From the NCBI GenBank assembly GCA_009784115.1, contig WRCH01000002.1, positions 174 to 64,173 of the forward strand: 64,000 nt of DNA, given 5' to 3'. The DNA comes from Chitinispirillia bacterium. Lineage in GTDB: Bacteria > Fibrobacterota > Chitinivibrionia > Chitinivibrionales > Chitinispirillaceae. Within the stretch, counting starts at the first letter, position 1. Each line of letters opens with the position of its first letter. Of the stretch, positions 25,361 to 36,327 are shown one piece after another. The position numbers were made by a program, and so were the translations under genes. The notes beneath the pieces were generated by a model. The model did not search any database and was not told the DNA's origin. It saw only the letters and a program-made list of their open reading frames with translations.

Positions 25361-27346
25361 ATGTCCATAAATAACGCAGTCTTAAAATTTTTACTTATGG
25401 TGTTATTCGCTCCCGTTTTTTTTGCAGTCATTGCGCCGTTTTCATCTATACCCTTACTATCTTCATCCTCGGCACACGCCTCAAATCATATTTGGAAAAC
25501 TCAAGCGCAATCTAAAAAAGCTGAGTCAAAGTGTGAACGTGAAAAAAAGCGGGAGATCGCTATTATCTACAGCGGTAACACGCGAAGCGAGATCGTCCCT
25601 TTCCCTCATACACAAGACGCGCTTGGAGGCTTAAGCCGCGGCGCTTCTGTTATTAACAGAATCCGCAGAGAGTTTCCTGTAAACTTTTCGATTGACGTTG
25701 GGAATATGCTCAACTCTTCAAGCCATCCTTTACGAGTTGAACTCGCGGCAAATTACTATGGTTACATGAACTTTAACGCAATCGCGCCGGGTGCGGATGA
25801 ATTAGCGCTTGTGATACCGGAGTTTCCGGCAGATCTGCCCGTTGTCGTTTCAAATCTGCGCCATATGCCGGAATCCGGAATTGCGGACGGTATAGCGGTT
25901 GAGCGGGATGGTTATAGATTATACGTAATGAATCTTATTGGAAGGTCTTTAATTGATGACGAGGAGATATCCGCAAACATCAGCACAAACATGAGAAGAA
26001 TAAATTCGCTCCTTGACAGAGAAGAGGCAAAGAGAGCGCACCTTCGTATAGCGGTTGTCCACGCGGATTTAGATGAGATAAAAAGATTGGCGCAAACCGC
26101 AAAAGGAATCGACATCATAATCGCCGGAAGTCTTCAAGAGCGATTCGATACCCCTCTCAAAGTAGGTTCTGCCATAATCCTGAGTGCCGGAAGTCAAGGC
26201 AGATTTATAGGTTCACTCTCCGTACGGTTTGACGGCATTAAAAGCCGTTTCACGGTAACAAACAAGCTCCATCCTGTATATCAAAATATCACCCCTGACG
26301 CTAATGTTGAAAAAATAATAAAATCGATCGGCGCTGCAGTAACAGTTGATAAAGCTGGAAAAAAAGCGTCGAGGTCAAGAAGAAACAGAGTAGAATCTCT
26401 CCCGTTTCTCACCGACCGCAATGGAACTCCTCAGGTTTTTGTCAAGAGATTAAACGATCTGACCGAGCATCACATAAGCGAGGATCTCTCCGAATGCCGT
26501 TTGCCGGTCATCTCCGCCGACGGTTCTTTGGCCGCGTTTATTTTCGGCCCGCCTCAAAATGGATCTTTAAGAGTTGTTGATCTAAAAACATTAAACGGCA
26601 GAACCGTACCAGTAAACCGGTCAGTTACCGAGAGCCGGTTCGCCTCCAATAACTTTTTGTACTTTATCGCTTCAGACAGCGCGAACCCCAAAAATGGGGC
26701 TATCTACAAAACAAGAATGTTTATGGACGACGCGGTTACCGTTCTCGAGTTTTCCAATACTGTTTCAGGTTACCGCGATCTCTCCGTCTCTCCCGATAGA
26801 TCGACACTGCTTTTTTGCGCGGTGCAGCATAACCGGTGGCAGATCTTTGCCGTTGACTCAAGCGCAGCCGCTCCTCCCGCGGCGTTGACAAACGCTAAGG
26901 CGGATCACCGCTATCCGCGATTTAGTCCGAACGGAAAATTTATCGCTTATCTTACAGACCGCGGCAGTTTTGGCGGAAAGATGGATCTGTGGATAATGGA
27001 ACTCAAACATCCGAATTCTGATAGACAGATAACATTCCACGCCAATGTTTCCCAATACTCTTGGAGTGAAGATTCAAAAACTATCTATTTCTCAGCCGGC
27101 GTCAATGTTACCGATATCAGCAGTATAACGATAAAAAACAACACCGTTAAAAAACTTATAGTTTCGGACTCTGTTAAAAAATGGAACGAAACCGCTCCGC
27201 AGATATTCGAACACAACAGACGGCCAAAACTTATCTACACCCGCAGCTACACCGACGGTACACGGCGGTTACGTATGTTTGATTTCAGGGGAGAAATTGA
27301 CAATCCGGTATTCAGATTTGATACTGGAAATGAGTGGAGTGAGTGA
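25361..27346 (+). CDS. Secreted protein with C-terminal TolB-like (PD40/WD40-like) beta-propeller repeats
   Basis: A signal peptide and PD40-type motifs (YPRFSPNGKFIAYLTDR...DLWIMEL; SPDRSTLLFCAV). The N-terminal half is only vaguely similar to metallophosphatase/5-prime-nucleotidase folds and lacks clear metal ligands. Confidence 0.55.
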   Translation: MSINNAVLKFLLMVLFAPVFFAVIAPFSSIPLLSSSSAHASNHIWKTQAQSKKAESKCEREKKREIAIIYSGNTRSEIVPFPHTQDALGGLSRGASVINRIRREFPVNFSIDVGNMLNSSSHPLRVELAANYYGYMNFNAIAPGADELALVIPEFPADLPVVVSNLRHMPESGIADGIAVERDGYRLYVMNLIGRSLIDDEEISANISTNMRRINSLLDREEAKRAHLRIAVVHADLDEIKRLAQTAKGIDIIIAGSLQERFDTPLKVGSAIILSAGSQGRFIGSLSVRFDGIKSRFTVTNKLHPVYQNITPDANVEKIIKSIGAAVTVDKAGKKASRSRRNRVESLPFLTDRNGTPQVFVKRLNDLTEHHISEDLSECRLPVISADGSLAAFIFGPPQNGSLRVVDLKTLNGRTVPVNRSVTESRFASNNFLYFIASDSANPKNGAIYKTRMFMDDAVTVLEFSNTVSGYRDLSVSPDRSTLLFCAVQHNRWQIFAVDSSAAAPPAALTNAKADHRYPRFSPNGKFIAYLTDRGSFGGKMDLWIMELKHPNSDRQITFHANVSQYSWSEDSKTIYFSAGVNVTDISSITIKNNTVKKLIVSDSVKKWNETAPQIFEHNRRPKLIYTRSYTDGTRRLRMFDFRGEIDNPVFRFDTGNEWSE

Positions 27347-28920
27347 AGTGAACTGGACTCTTTCATAGCAATATAATCGCTGATTTTCATAATGAGGGTA
27401 TCCGGATCAACCGGTTTTGCGATGTGATCATTCATACCCGCTTCCTTGCACATTTTCACATCTTCGCTTAACGCGTTTGCGGTCATGGCTACTATGGGTA
27501 TTGTTTTTGCGCGCTTGGCGCCGCTGTTTCTTATCTGCCGCGCGGCTTCAAACCCATCCATTAAAGGCATCTGTATATCCATCAGTATCAGGTCGTATCT
27601 GTCAGGATTTGCGCGGAACATCTCAAGAGCTTGGGCGCCGTTGCAGGCAAATTCGATTCTGACTTTTGTCTCTTCTAAAAACGCTGCCGCGATCTCTTTA
27701 TTTATGTCGATGTCTTCCGCAAGCAGTATCGTACTGCCGTCAAAACAGTTTTTGGGTACAGAGACTTGCGGAGTGATTACAACAGCGCCGTTTACTCCTT
27801 TAAGCACTTTTGCGGTAAAGGAGAAAACACTGCCTTTTGCGGGCGAGCTTTCAACCCAAATTCTGCCGCCCATCATCTCCACAATTCGTTTACATATAGC
27901 AAGGCCCAAACCGGTTCCGCCGAATTTGCGCGATATGCTGCCGTCGCACTGCTCAAATGGATCAAACAGCTTTTCCTGCTGCGCTAAAGCGAGCCCCATA
28001 CCGCTGTCATTTACATCAACCCTGATTATGTAATGCGGCCCCTCCCTGCCCTCCTCTTTTATGTCCACAGATATTTTACCGCACTCTGGAGTAAATTTTA
28101 CCGCGTTGCTTACAAGATTTGTTATAACCTGAGAGAAACGCAGTTCATCGCCGATAATGCGGGCGGGGATATTTTTATCTACATTTAATGTGAGCTGCTG
28201 ATTTTTCTCCTCCGCTTTTACACTCATCATATTGTAAATGTTTACAGCCGTCTGTTCTAAAGAGAACTCCTCAGCCACTAACTCAAGTTTGTTAACTTCT
28301 ATTTTTGACATGTCAAGGATATCATTAATCAGCGCCAAAAGATGCTTTGAGGCGATATCAATTTTTATAAGGCAGTCATTAACTTTTGATGGATCAAAGC
28401 TCCATTTTGCGATTTGGGTCATACCGATAATTGCGTTCATAGGGGTGCGGATTTCATGAGACATCCGCGACAAAAAATCGCTTTTTGAGCGGCTTGCGCT
28501 CTGCGCGGCCTGTGCAAGCTCCGCGGAGGTACGGCACATTTCGTCCATCTTCGCGATCATAGTGTTGAGATTGCGCTCCATCCCCCCGAACTCGTCGGCT
28601 TCGGTTACCTCAATTCTCTTTGAAAAATCTCCGGCGGCCACAATGTCCGCAAAGTCATTTACTTTGCGGACAACTCTTTGCAGATATCTCACAATAGCAG
28701 AGATACCGAAAATCAGCGCTATAAATCCCAAAAAAGGAATTGCCGCAACACCGGTGAAAGCTTCCGCCAATCCCAAATTTTTAAATGCCTCTTCGCTTAC
28801 CGTCTCATTTATTTTTGAGTTAGCCAAATAAATATTATACGCCGCAAACGATACGATTGTTACAATTATGGTCGGAACAATTAATACAAACAGTCTTTGA
28901 GCGAGACTTTTAAACTTCAT
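27247..28920 (-). CDS. Hybrid sensor histidine kinase / response regulator
   Basis: TM and HAMP-like regions, H-box SHEIRTPMNAIIGM, an HATPase domain (GTGLGLAICKRIVE) and a receiver domain (ILLAEDIDINKEI...DLILMDIQMPLMDG...AKP). Confidence 0.88.
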   Translation of the reverse strand: MKFKSLAQRLFVLIVPTIIVTIVSFAAYNIYLANSKINETVSEEAFKNLGLAEAFTGVAAIPFLGFIALIFGISAIVRYLQRVVRKVNDFADIVAAGDFSKRIEVTEADEFGGMERNLNTMIAKMDEMCRTSAELAQAAQSASRSKSDFLSRMSHEIRTPMNAIIGMTQIAKWSFDPSKVNDCLIKIDIASKHLLALINDILDMSKIEVNKLELVAEEFSLEQTAVNIYNMMSVKAEEKNQQLTLNVDKNIPARIIGDELRFSQVITNLVSNAVKFTPECGKISVDIKEEGREGPHYIIRVDVNDSGMGLALAQQEKLFDPFEQCDGSISRKFGGTGLGLAICKRIVEMMGGRIWVESSPAKGSVFSFTAKVLKGVNGAVVITPQVSVPKNCFDGSTILLAEDIDINKEIAAAFLEETKVRIEFACNGAQALEMFRANPDRYDLILMDIQMPLMDGFEAARQIRNSGAKRAKTIPIVAMTANALSEDVKMCKEAGMNDHIAKPVDPDTLIMKISDYIAMKESSSLHSLHSFPVSNLNTGLSISPLKSNIRNRRVPSV

Positions 28921-28991
28921 AACGCGCTAAAACCCCATATTTATAATGGATCGGCAAATACCTGTTTACCCGGTGAAACTAAATTGTAATA

Positions 28992-29096
28992 TATACTGAA
29001 TCACGGCATAAATTAGCACTGTGCCGCTAAGCAACCTCACGGCCCTGCGTGCAGTTGCGTGCGGTGCAGTGCTAATTTATGCCGTACACCAGTATA
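28992..29096 (+). repeat. Structured repeat family A, copy A5 (forward)
   Basis: Perfect arms CGGCATAAATTAGCACTG / CAGTGCTAATTTATGCCG, a full core, and outer TATACTG / CAGTATA ends. Confidence 0.88.
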
Positions 29097-29159
29097 TTAC
29101 ACTGCAAGCTAAAGGCGGGCCAAACGGATAAATTATTCATTCGGGCAATCATCCGCAAA

Positions 29160-30401
<1,242 letters not shown>

Positions 30402-30433
30402 TCAATGTAAAAGAGACTCCGTACCGAATTCAA

Positions 30434-31201
30434 TCACTCCTGAATACAGCGCACAGAAAACCCGTGTTCCTTATTGTCGCTGTACTCATCTATCATGCCA
30501 AAGACCCAGCCTGCATGACGGCTCCAAGCGCTGCCGCTCCCCTCCTCTGTGGCGCTCCACCAGTAGGCGCCGCCGCGCATATCCCGAAAAATGCCGTCCG
30601 GGAGGCGCAGACCGCTGGGCATTATCGAAAAACCAAACTCATCCGTGCCGTTTATGTCATCTCTCCAGCCGGTTTGTGATTTAAGTTTTCTGCTTGCCTC
30701 ACCATGATCACCGGCATAAGAAAACAGATTCGCCCACTCTTCACGGCCGGGAAGCCGCCATCCCGCCGGACAAGCTTTCATCGCCGCATCCCAACTATAG
30801 AGCCGTCCATACTCCCCGCAATTACTCTCATCATCACCATAACACCATGATTCGCCTGTTTCAAAGTTGATATTTTCAGCCATCCATTTTTTATTGTCTA
30901 TTTTAACATAACGATACTCTTTGCCATCTCTTGAATCGGCAAGAATACCCGACGGCAGAGACGCGATAACTCGTTCGCCGTATCCTAAGGCTTCTAAATC
31001 TTCCATAGATTCTGCGGGTTCATCAGATTCCATGATTTCAGCTGACGATACCGCCGCCTCATTTTGGGGCGGAGACTCAGCATTAAGTTTAGACACAGCC
31101 GCGCTGCCGCCGCATCCTGCCAAAACAGCGCATAATATCAGCATCGTCAAAAAAATATTTTTCCTGCTGACTGATCGTCCATTGTAAATCGATATTTTCA
31201 T
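30434..31201 (-). CDS. FISUMP-domain (Fibrobacter succinogenes major paralogous domain) lipoprotein
   Basis: A lipobox LAGC, then WMAENINF...YGRLYSWDAAMKACPAGWRLPGREEW...YWWSATE...SVRCIQE. The ATG overlaps the upstream stop as ATGA. Confidence 0.8.
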   Translation of the reverse strand: MKISIYNGRSVSRKNIFLTMLILCAVLAGCGGSAAVSKLNAESPPQNEAAVSSAEIMESDEPAESMEDLEALGYGERVIASLPSGILADSRDGKEYRYVKIDNKKWMAENINFETGESWCYGDDESNCGEYGRLYSWDAAMKACPAGWRLPGREEWANLFSYAGDHGEASRKLKSQTGWRDDINGTDEFGFSIMPSGLRLPDGIFRDMRGGAYWWSATEEGSGSAWSRHAGWVFGMIDEYSDNKEHGFSVRCIQE

Positions 31202-32115
31202 ACTGACTTTCTGTAATCTTGAATACCTACACCGCAAAGTCTGACAAAATGTTCCTGCGCCTCCGTTACGGTTTTAAAACCGCACTGTTCGCAAATTCTA
31301 CCCAAGTCTGATTCGGCAGGATTTTCCGCAATCAGGTTTCTTATGCTGTTCACTCTTACCTGAACTATAAAACTCTGCACATCTATGCCGATCTCTTTTA
31401 CAAATAAAGCGTTAAGATACGCGGGGCCTGTAATAAGCTCACTGCATACCGTATCAACCGTAAGCTCCGGATTCATATAATTTGACTCAATACAGCGGCA
31501 CCCCTTTTGCACCATTTTGTCAAGTACTGAGAGTCTTGTTGTGGTAAGGAATCTGCGGCCGTCTTTTTTTGTTGAGAAAAACAAAACCGCGGCTATAATG
31601 ATTATCACCGAGACAATAAGGAAAACTATATAAAGCAGATTGGTCTTGACCAACCGCAGTATTTTATTTCCAGCAAAGAGCACATTTACAGCTTCTTTGT
31701 AACCCGCAGTTAGCTTTTCATCATCCGCATCTGTATTTTGAGTTGACAATGAAGCTTTTTCTGAAACTGCCGCGGCCTCCGGCTCAACAGGTTGTGTCAG
31801 TTCTGCGGTTTGCGGTTCGGTATCAACCGCGCGGAAGGCTTGCAGTACAGAATCAGACTGTTCGCTTATGACAAGATCGGTATCCAATACAATCCCCGCA
31901 GAATCCAATACCGTATCTCTCTTAACAATACTGCTGTCAACAAGAGTACCGGCAGATATTTCGGTGACGGCGGTATCTGATTTAACAGCGCCGCTGTCAG
32001 CCGAAATCGGGGCGCTGTCAGCAGCAAGCGAATCCTGAGCTTCAAGAGAAATCGACAAAAAAACAATTATGAAGAGTGTAAACGCGCGCAAAAAATTATA
32101 TTTCATCTTTAACAA
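31198..32115 (-). CDS. Membrane-anchored protein with C-terminal AraC-type HTH domain
   Basis: A signal/anchor, an S/D/A/V-rich low-complexity region, an internal TM segment (LLYIVFLIVSVIIIIAAVLFF) and a C-terminal AraC-like HTH (VDTVCSELITGPAYLNALFVKEIG...). Confidence 0.6.
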   Translation of the reverse strand: MLKMKYNFLRAFTLFIIVFLSISLEAQDSLAADSAPISADSGAVKSDTAVTEISAGTLVDSSIVKRDTVLDSAGIVLDTDLVISEQSDSVLQAFRAVDTEPQTAELTQPVEPEAAAVSEKASLSTQNTDADDEKLTAGYKEAVNVLFAGNKILRLVKTNLLYIVFLIVSVIIIIAAVLFFSTKKDGRRFLTTTRLSVLDKMVQKGCRCIESNYMNPELTVDTVCSELITGPAYLNALFVKEIGIDVQSFIVQVRVNSIRNLIAENPAESDLGRICEQCGFKTVTEAQEHFVRLCGVGIQDYRKSV

Positions 32116-32168
32116 TCCACGAGATATGAGATACTGTAATTATGAAATCACTGCAGTTAAAAATATAA

Positions 32169-33566
32169 TTGATGGAAGCTGACAGAAAAATGGATAAAGC
32201 AAGAATAAAAGAACAGGTAGAAATTATCCGGCAGGCGTTCGGATATATAAACCATTTTAAGAATGAGACGTTTGTAATTAAAATCGACAGCGCCCTCATC
32301 TCAAATAACCTTTTCCCGGTGCTAATTAAGGATTTAACGCTTCTGCACAGCATGGGGATCAAGATAATATTAGTACCCGGCGCAAAAACGCGGATAAACG
32401 ACGTACTAAAGGCTTACAATATAGAATGCCCTGTAGTAAACGGGATACGCGTCTCTTCGCCCGAAGCGATTCCCTTTATAAAAATGGCGGCGTTTGACGT
32501 TTCAAACAATGTAATGACCATGCTCGCCGAACATGAAACAAGCGCGATAATCGGCAACTGGGTCAAGGCAAAAGGGATAGGCGTACGGGGCGGCGTTGAC
32601 TTTCAGAACTCAGGCGTCGTTGAAAATCTGCAAATCGGCATACTGCGCAAAGTTCTTGACGAGGGGCTTATACCAATCTTCCCCAATATCGGCTGGAGCG
32701 CTAAAGGCAAACCTTATAACCTTTCGTCAAGTGAGCTCGCCTTTACGCTCAGCGTACAGCTTAAAGCCTCTAAACTGTTTTTTGTAAATGAACACGGCGG
32801 CATAAAAGCGCAGGGGTTTAAGATTCCGCAGGATGCTTATGTATCGGAAGACGGCACCATCTCTCAGCTCACCTCCGTACAGGCGGGAGAGTTTTTGGAT
32901 CTCAATCAGGAGATGGAGCACAGCGCGGGTGAAGATGAACAGCGGACTCTTATCTCTTACGCCTACCGCGCGTGCAAAAAAGGGGTGCGGCGGGTACATA
33001 TTATTGACGGCCTGACAGAAGGTATGCTACTGCAGGAGATATTTTCCAGCAAAGGTTTTGGTACAATGGTGTATTCCAACCAGCATGAAAATATCCGCCC
33101 GATGACAATTGCCGACATTCCCGGCGTACTCTCTCTTATGCAGCCAAAGATTCAGGAAGGAGCGCTTGTGGAGCGTACCACAGCTGATCTCAATGAGAGA
33201 CTCGGCGATTACGCGGTTTACGAAGTAGACGGAACGCTTCACGCCTGCGGCGCGCTTCATCTGTTTAACGAAGAGAGAACGGGCGAAATAGCAGCCATAG
33301 TTGTTGATGAAACTTTCGCAAGCCGGGGCATCGGCAGAAAGATGATGTCTTATCTTATTGAAAAAGCGACAAAGATGAGACTTAATTCTGTATTTGTACT
33401 GACAACACAAACAGCAGACTGGTTTTTACAGTTAGGATTTGTGATATCAACAGTAGATGAGCTGCCTATACAAAAAAGAGAAACGTATAATAAAAACAGA
33501 AACAGCCTCATCCTCAAGTATCCTATCTCACAGGAACGGAATAAGAGCGAGCCTGGGGTTGATTGA
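32169..33566 (+). CDS. argA: Amino-acid N-acetyltransferase (N-acetylglutamate synthase; amino-acid kinase plus GNAT domains)
   Basis: An AAK fold (FVIKIDSALI...ILVPGA) and a C-terminal GNAT domain (IAAIVVDETFASRGIGRKMM). Confidence 0.85.
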   Translation: MMEADRKMDKARIKEQVEIIRQAFGYINHFKNETFVIKIDSALISNNLFPVLIKDLTLLHSMGIKIILVPGAKTRINDVLKAYNIECPVVNGIRVSSPEAIPFIKMAAFDVSNNVMTMLAEHETSAIIGNWVKAKGIGVRGGVDFQNSGVVENLQIGILRKVLDEGLIPIFPNIGWSAKGKPYNLSSSELAFTLSVQLKASKLFFVNEHGGIKAQGFKIPQDAYVSEDGTISQLTSVQAGEFLDLNQEMEHSAGEDEQRTLISYAYRACKKGVRRVHIIDGLTEGMLLQEIFSSKGFGTMVYSNQHENIRPMTIADIPGVLSLMQPKIQEGALVERTTADLNERLGDYAVYEVDGTLHACGALHLFNEERTGEIAAIVVDETFASRGIGRKMMSYLIEKATKMRLNSVFVLTTQTADWFLQLGFVISTVDELPIQKRETYNKNRNSLILKYPISQERNKSEPGVD

Positions 33567-33582
33567 GACACTGTCTGAATCC

Positions 33583-35154
33583 TTATTCATACAATATATC
33601 TTTCCCCACCGCAAGAATCTGCCCCTCACCCCTCAGCTTGCGCTCAAAGTCACTATACGAAATATTTTGAACCGCCCCATCTCCCTTAAGCGCCATGTGC
33701 GCGGCTACTCCCGCGCTTTGCCCTGTTATCATAAACACAGGCTCCATGCGGATTGATCCATACGCAATATGACTCGCGCTTACGCAAACCGGGACAAGGA
33801 GATTTGTACACTCGCTTCGTTTTGGGCGGATTGAGCGGTAAGGGATAGGGATAGGGTCAAGAGGCGCGACCTCTACATTGCCCTCGTTCATCACACGCCC
33901 CGCTTTTACTACCCGTTTGCAGTTATGGGAATCCATTTTGTAGGACGCCATCCCTACAGAATCTTCAAGCGTATAGCGTCCAAGAGTGTCGTGTTCTGTA
34001 ATAACATAGTCCGAAATCATCCGCCGGCCCTCCCGCACATAGAGCTGCGGAGGCCAGTTTGAGCTTTGGGTGAACTCATCTGCCGCGAGCCCCCACTGTG
34101 AGGAGAACTTGCGCACACGTTCAGGCAGCCTTTTATCCGCGGCGAGAAAATAAAAAAGGCCCGCTTGATATGAGATGTGATCTTGATAGATCCTCTCGCG
34201 CGTCTCGTAATCTCCCGTCGGCCAGCCGTAGTTTGCGCCTATGTGGTCGGTGTTAAACGCGCCCCAGTTGTTGTGGTCGGTTTTGCCGTTGGGCAGGGGA
34301 CGGTTGAGATCAAATATATCAAACATCCCGGCTTTAATATAGCGCAAAAGCAGCTCGTATTTTTCGGGTGAATAGTTGTGAGGTTCAAAAAACGGAATCA
34401 TATTCGCGTTTTCGCGGGTTAGGCACATCCTGAAATTATACGCCTGAATAAGCGAATCACCCTGACCGTGAACCCCGGCTTTCGCGTCGCTTATACCGTA
34501 AAGAAGACCGCTTTTAGGGTCGCCGGGGCGCTTGTAGGGGTCAACAAAACGGATAAAATTGTGGTGAGGATGACCATATTGCACACCGTTATAGTGTTCA
34601 TCGTATACATCATTGTCCTCACGGCCAACCGCATAGCTGACCCCCGCCTTCGCCATGAGATCGCCCTCATAAGTAGCGTCTATAAAGATCTGCGCCTTAA
34701 ATTCAATTCCATCCTCAGTAGTAAAACTGACAATTTTTTGTCCGATTTTTTCTACTTTCGCGAGACGGTGTTCAAGAAAAACCGAGATATTTTTGTGTTC
34801 AAGCCATTTGTTATAGACCGACAACGCAATATGAGGCTCAAAAAACCACTGCTCCGCGCTGCCGTAGTGCTCCCCAACATCCTTATAAAACTGCCGCGCA
34901 AGCCCCCCTATCACATGGCGGTTACCGGTATCGGTAGCTCCAAGCCCCGAAGCAGTCATACCCCCCACAAAGCGGGAAAACTCCACAACAGCCACTTTAT
35001 GACCAAGCGACGCCGCCTGAAGCGCCGCCGTTACCCCGCTGCTTGTAGCGCCGTAAACGCAAACATCGCTCTGCACAACTATAGATTTGCGCGGTTCTTT
35101 TAGATTTAAGGTATAATAGTAGGATGGTTTTTGCGGATAATGGCCCTTTTCCAT
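33583..35154 (-). CDS. FAD-dependent oxidoreductase (FAD_oxidored/PF12831-like)
   Basis: A dinucleotide-binding motif (DVCVYGATSSGVTAALQAASLGHKVAVVE). I prefer ATG at 35154 over the TTG at 35214. Confidence 0.7.
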   Translation of the reverse strand: MEKGHYPQKPSYYYTLNLKEPRKSIVVQSDVCVYGATSSGVTAALQAASLGHKVAVVEFSRFVGGMTASGLGATDTGNRHVIGGLARQFYKDVGEHYGSAEQWFFEPHIALSVYNKWLEHKNISVFLEHRLAKVEKIGQKIVSFTTEDGIEFKAQIFIDATYEGDLMAKAGVSYAVGREDNDVYDEHYNGVQYGHPHHNFIRFVDPYKRPGDPKSGLLYGISDAKAGVHGQGDSLIQAYNFRMCLTRENANMIPFFEPHNYSPEKYELLLRYIKAGMFDIFDLNRPLPNGKTDHNNWGAFNTDHIGANYGWPTGDYETRERIYQDHISYQAGLFYFLAADKRLPERVRKFSSQWGLAADEFTQSSNWPPQLYVREGRRMISDYVITEHDTLGRYTLEDSVGMASYKMDSHNCKRVVKAGRVMNEGNVEVAPLDPIPIPYRSIRPKRSECTNLLVPVCVSASHIAYGSIRMEPVFMITGQSAGVAAHMALKGDGAVQNISYSDFERKLRGEGQILAVGKDILYE

Positions 35155-35303
35155 AAATTTATCTGCTCCTGCAATATGTATTGTGGCGGAATCGTAGATA
35201 TTGATGATCAACAAAGCAACAAATATGCCTATATTTGACTTAAACTTTGATTTTAATACATAATGAATTATTTTTATATTCTATTTTTATTTTATTTTTC
35301 TGT

Positions 35304-35331
35304 TAAAGTTGTTACATAAATCCGCCGATAA
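35304..35331 (+). promoter_or_regulatory. Sigma28 (FliA)-type promoter TAAA-N16-GCCGATAA upstream of flgM
   Basis: TAAAGTTGTTACATAAATCCGCCGATAA. The -10 element matches the GCCGATAA consensus exactly. The spacer is 1 nt longer than the canonical 15. Confidence 0.6.
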
Positions 35332-35362
35332 AGCTAATAGGAGTGAAAGGAGCCGAACCGGC

Positions 35363-35686
35363 ATGCTGATAAACAAAATATCTCAGTCGATCTACAATGA
35401 GCTGCGCAAGCTTGACGGCGGCCAAAGGGCTGAAAAAGAGCAGAATGCCAATAATGCCAAAAAAGGGGGCGCAAAAGCGAGCGATTCAGACCGCAGCGAA
35501 CTCTCAAGCAACGGCAAACTGCGAAGCGAAGCCAATGAGGATATCTCAGGTATCGCCGCAATGGTAAAAGCCCAGCCAGAAATGCGGGCCGATAAAATCG
35601 CGGAGGCGCAGGCTAAGGTCAACAGCGGGTTTTATAATTCAGCGGAATTTGCTGAGAAACTTGCGGATAAGATGCTTGGCGTGTAA
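35363..35686 (+). CDS. flgM: Anti-sigma-28 factor FlgM
   Basis: The C-terminus RADKIAEAQAKVNSGFYNSAEFAEKLADKML is typical of FlgM. ATG at 35363 follows AGGAG-type sites and lies downstream of the sigma28 promoter. Confidence 0.8.
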   Translation: MLINKISQSIYNELRKLDGGQRAEKEQNANNAKKGGAKASDSDRSELSSNGKLRSEANEDISGIAAMVKAQPEMRADKIAEAQAKVNSGFYNSAEFAEKLADKMLGV

Positions 35687-35691
35687 GCCGC

Positions 35692-36327
35692 CTATCTGTC
35701 TTCTATTATCTCTTTCACAGACCACAGCACATAGCTGTCATCCACATATAGATCTATCTGTATTCCATTTGAAAGACACTCATATTTAGGATTTATGTAC
35801 GCGTCATGATACCCTTTGGGCGTTGTGTATTTATCTACCCTTTTTTCTATTGGATAACGCTTTATTGAACGGTACAGAGTATACACGTGCCCCGGTTCGA
35901 AAACGTCTAGTGATTGGCGCTTTTTAAGGGTGTATGAGCCTGAGGCGCAGGTGTATCCGCCTGCAATTACATTTTTGTTTTCGTGACAGGGGAAAGGTAT
36001 AATCACTAAAGCCGAAGCATATGTGGAGATGAATACCGGTATAAAAACAAGCAGAGCCGTGCCCGTAAGCAGTTTGTTTTTTTTAGTACCGCACAGCCAT
36101 AGAAGCTCTGTTATAATCGTAAGAAAAACGATATAAAGAAAACCGTTTAAACTGTCAGACGCAAACAAAACATTATTAATATTAAATATAAACGCAATCA
36201 AAAAGAACACGGCATAAGCATAATACCTTATTTTTTTAAAAGGCACCCACTTATTGAGCGCAAAACCCAGCGCGCCGATAACGGCGATAAGAAGCCATTC
36301 TAATATGCCGTGCATTGCTTCTACCAC
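35692..36327 (-). CDS. Hypothetical integral membrane protein (4-5 TM plus about 90-aa soluble C-terminal domain)
   Basis: Hydrophobic helices in the N-terminal 120 aa. The start overlaps the stop of the upstream KAS III fusion gene by 7 bp. Confidence 0.6.
   Translation of the reverse strand: MVEAMHGILEWLLIAVIGALGFALNKWVPFKKIRYYAYAVFFLIAFIFNINNVLFASDSLNGFLYIVFLTIITELLWLCGTKKNKLLTGTALLVFIPVFISTYASALVIIPFPCHENKNVIAGGYTCASGSYTLKKRQSLDVFEPGHVYTLYRSIKRYPIEKRVDKYTTPKGYHDAYINPKYECLSNGIQIDLYVDDSYVLWSVKEIIEDR

Noticed and set aside
27446-28033. Long antisense ORFs inside well-supported genes (for example 27446-28033, 34468-35103, 39263-39757, 58064-58675, 60725-61144).
   Set aside because: They are opposite-strand shadows of genes with clear domain content and carry no motifs of their own.
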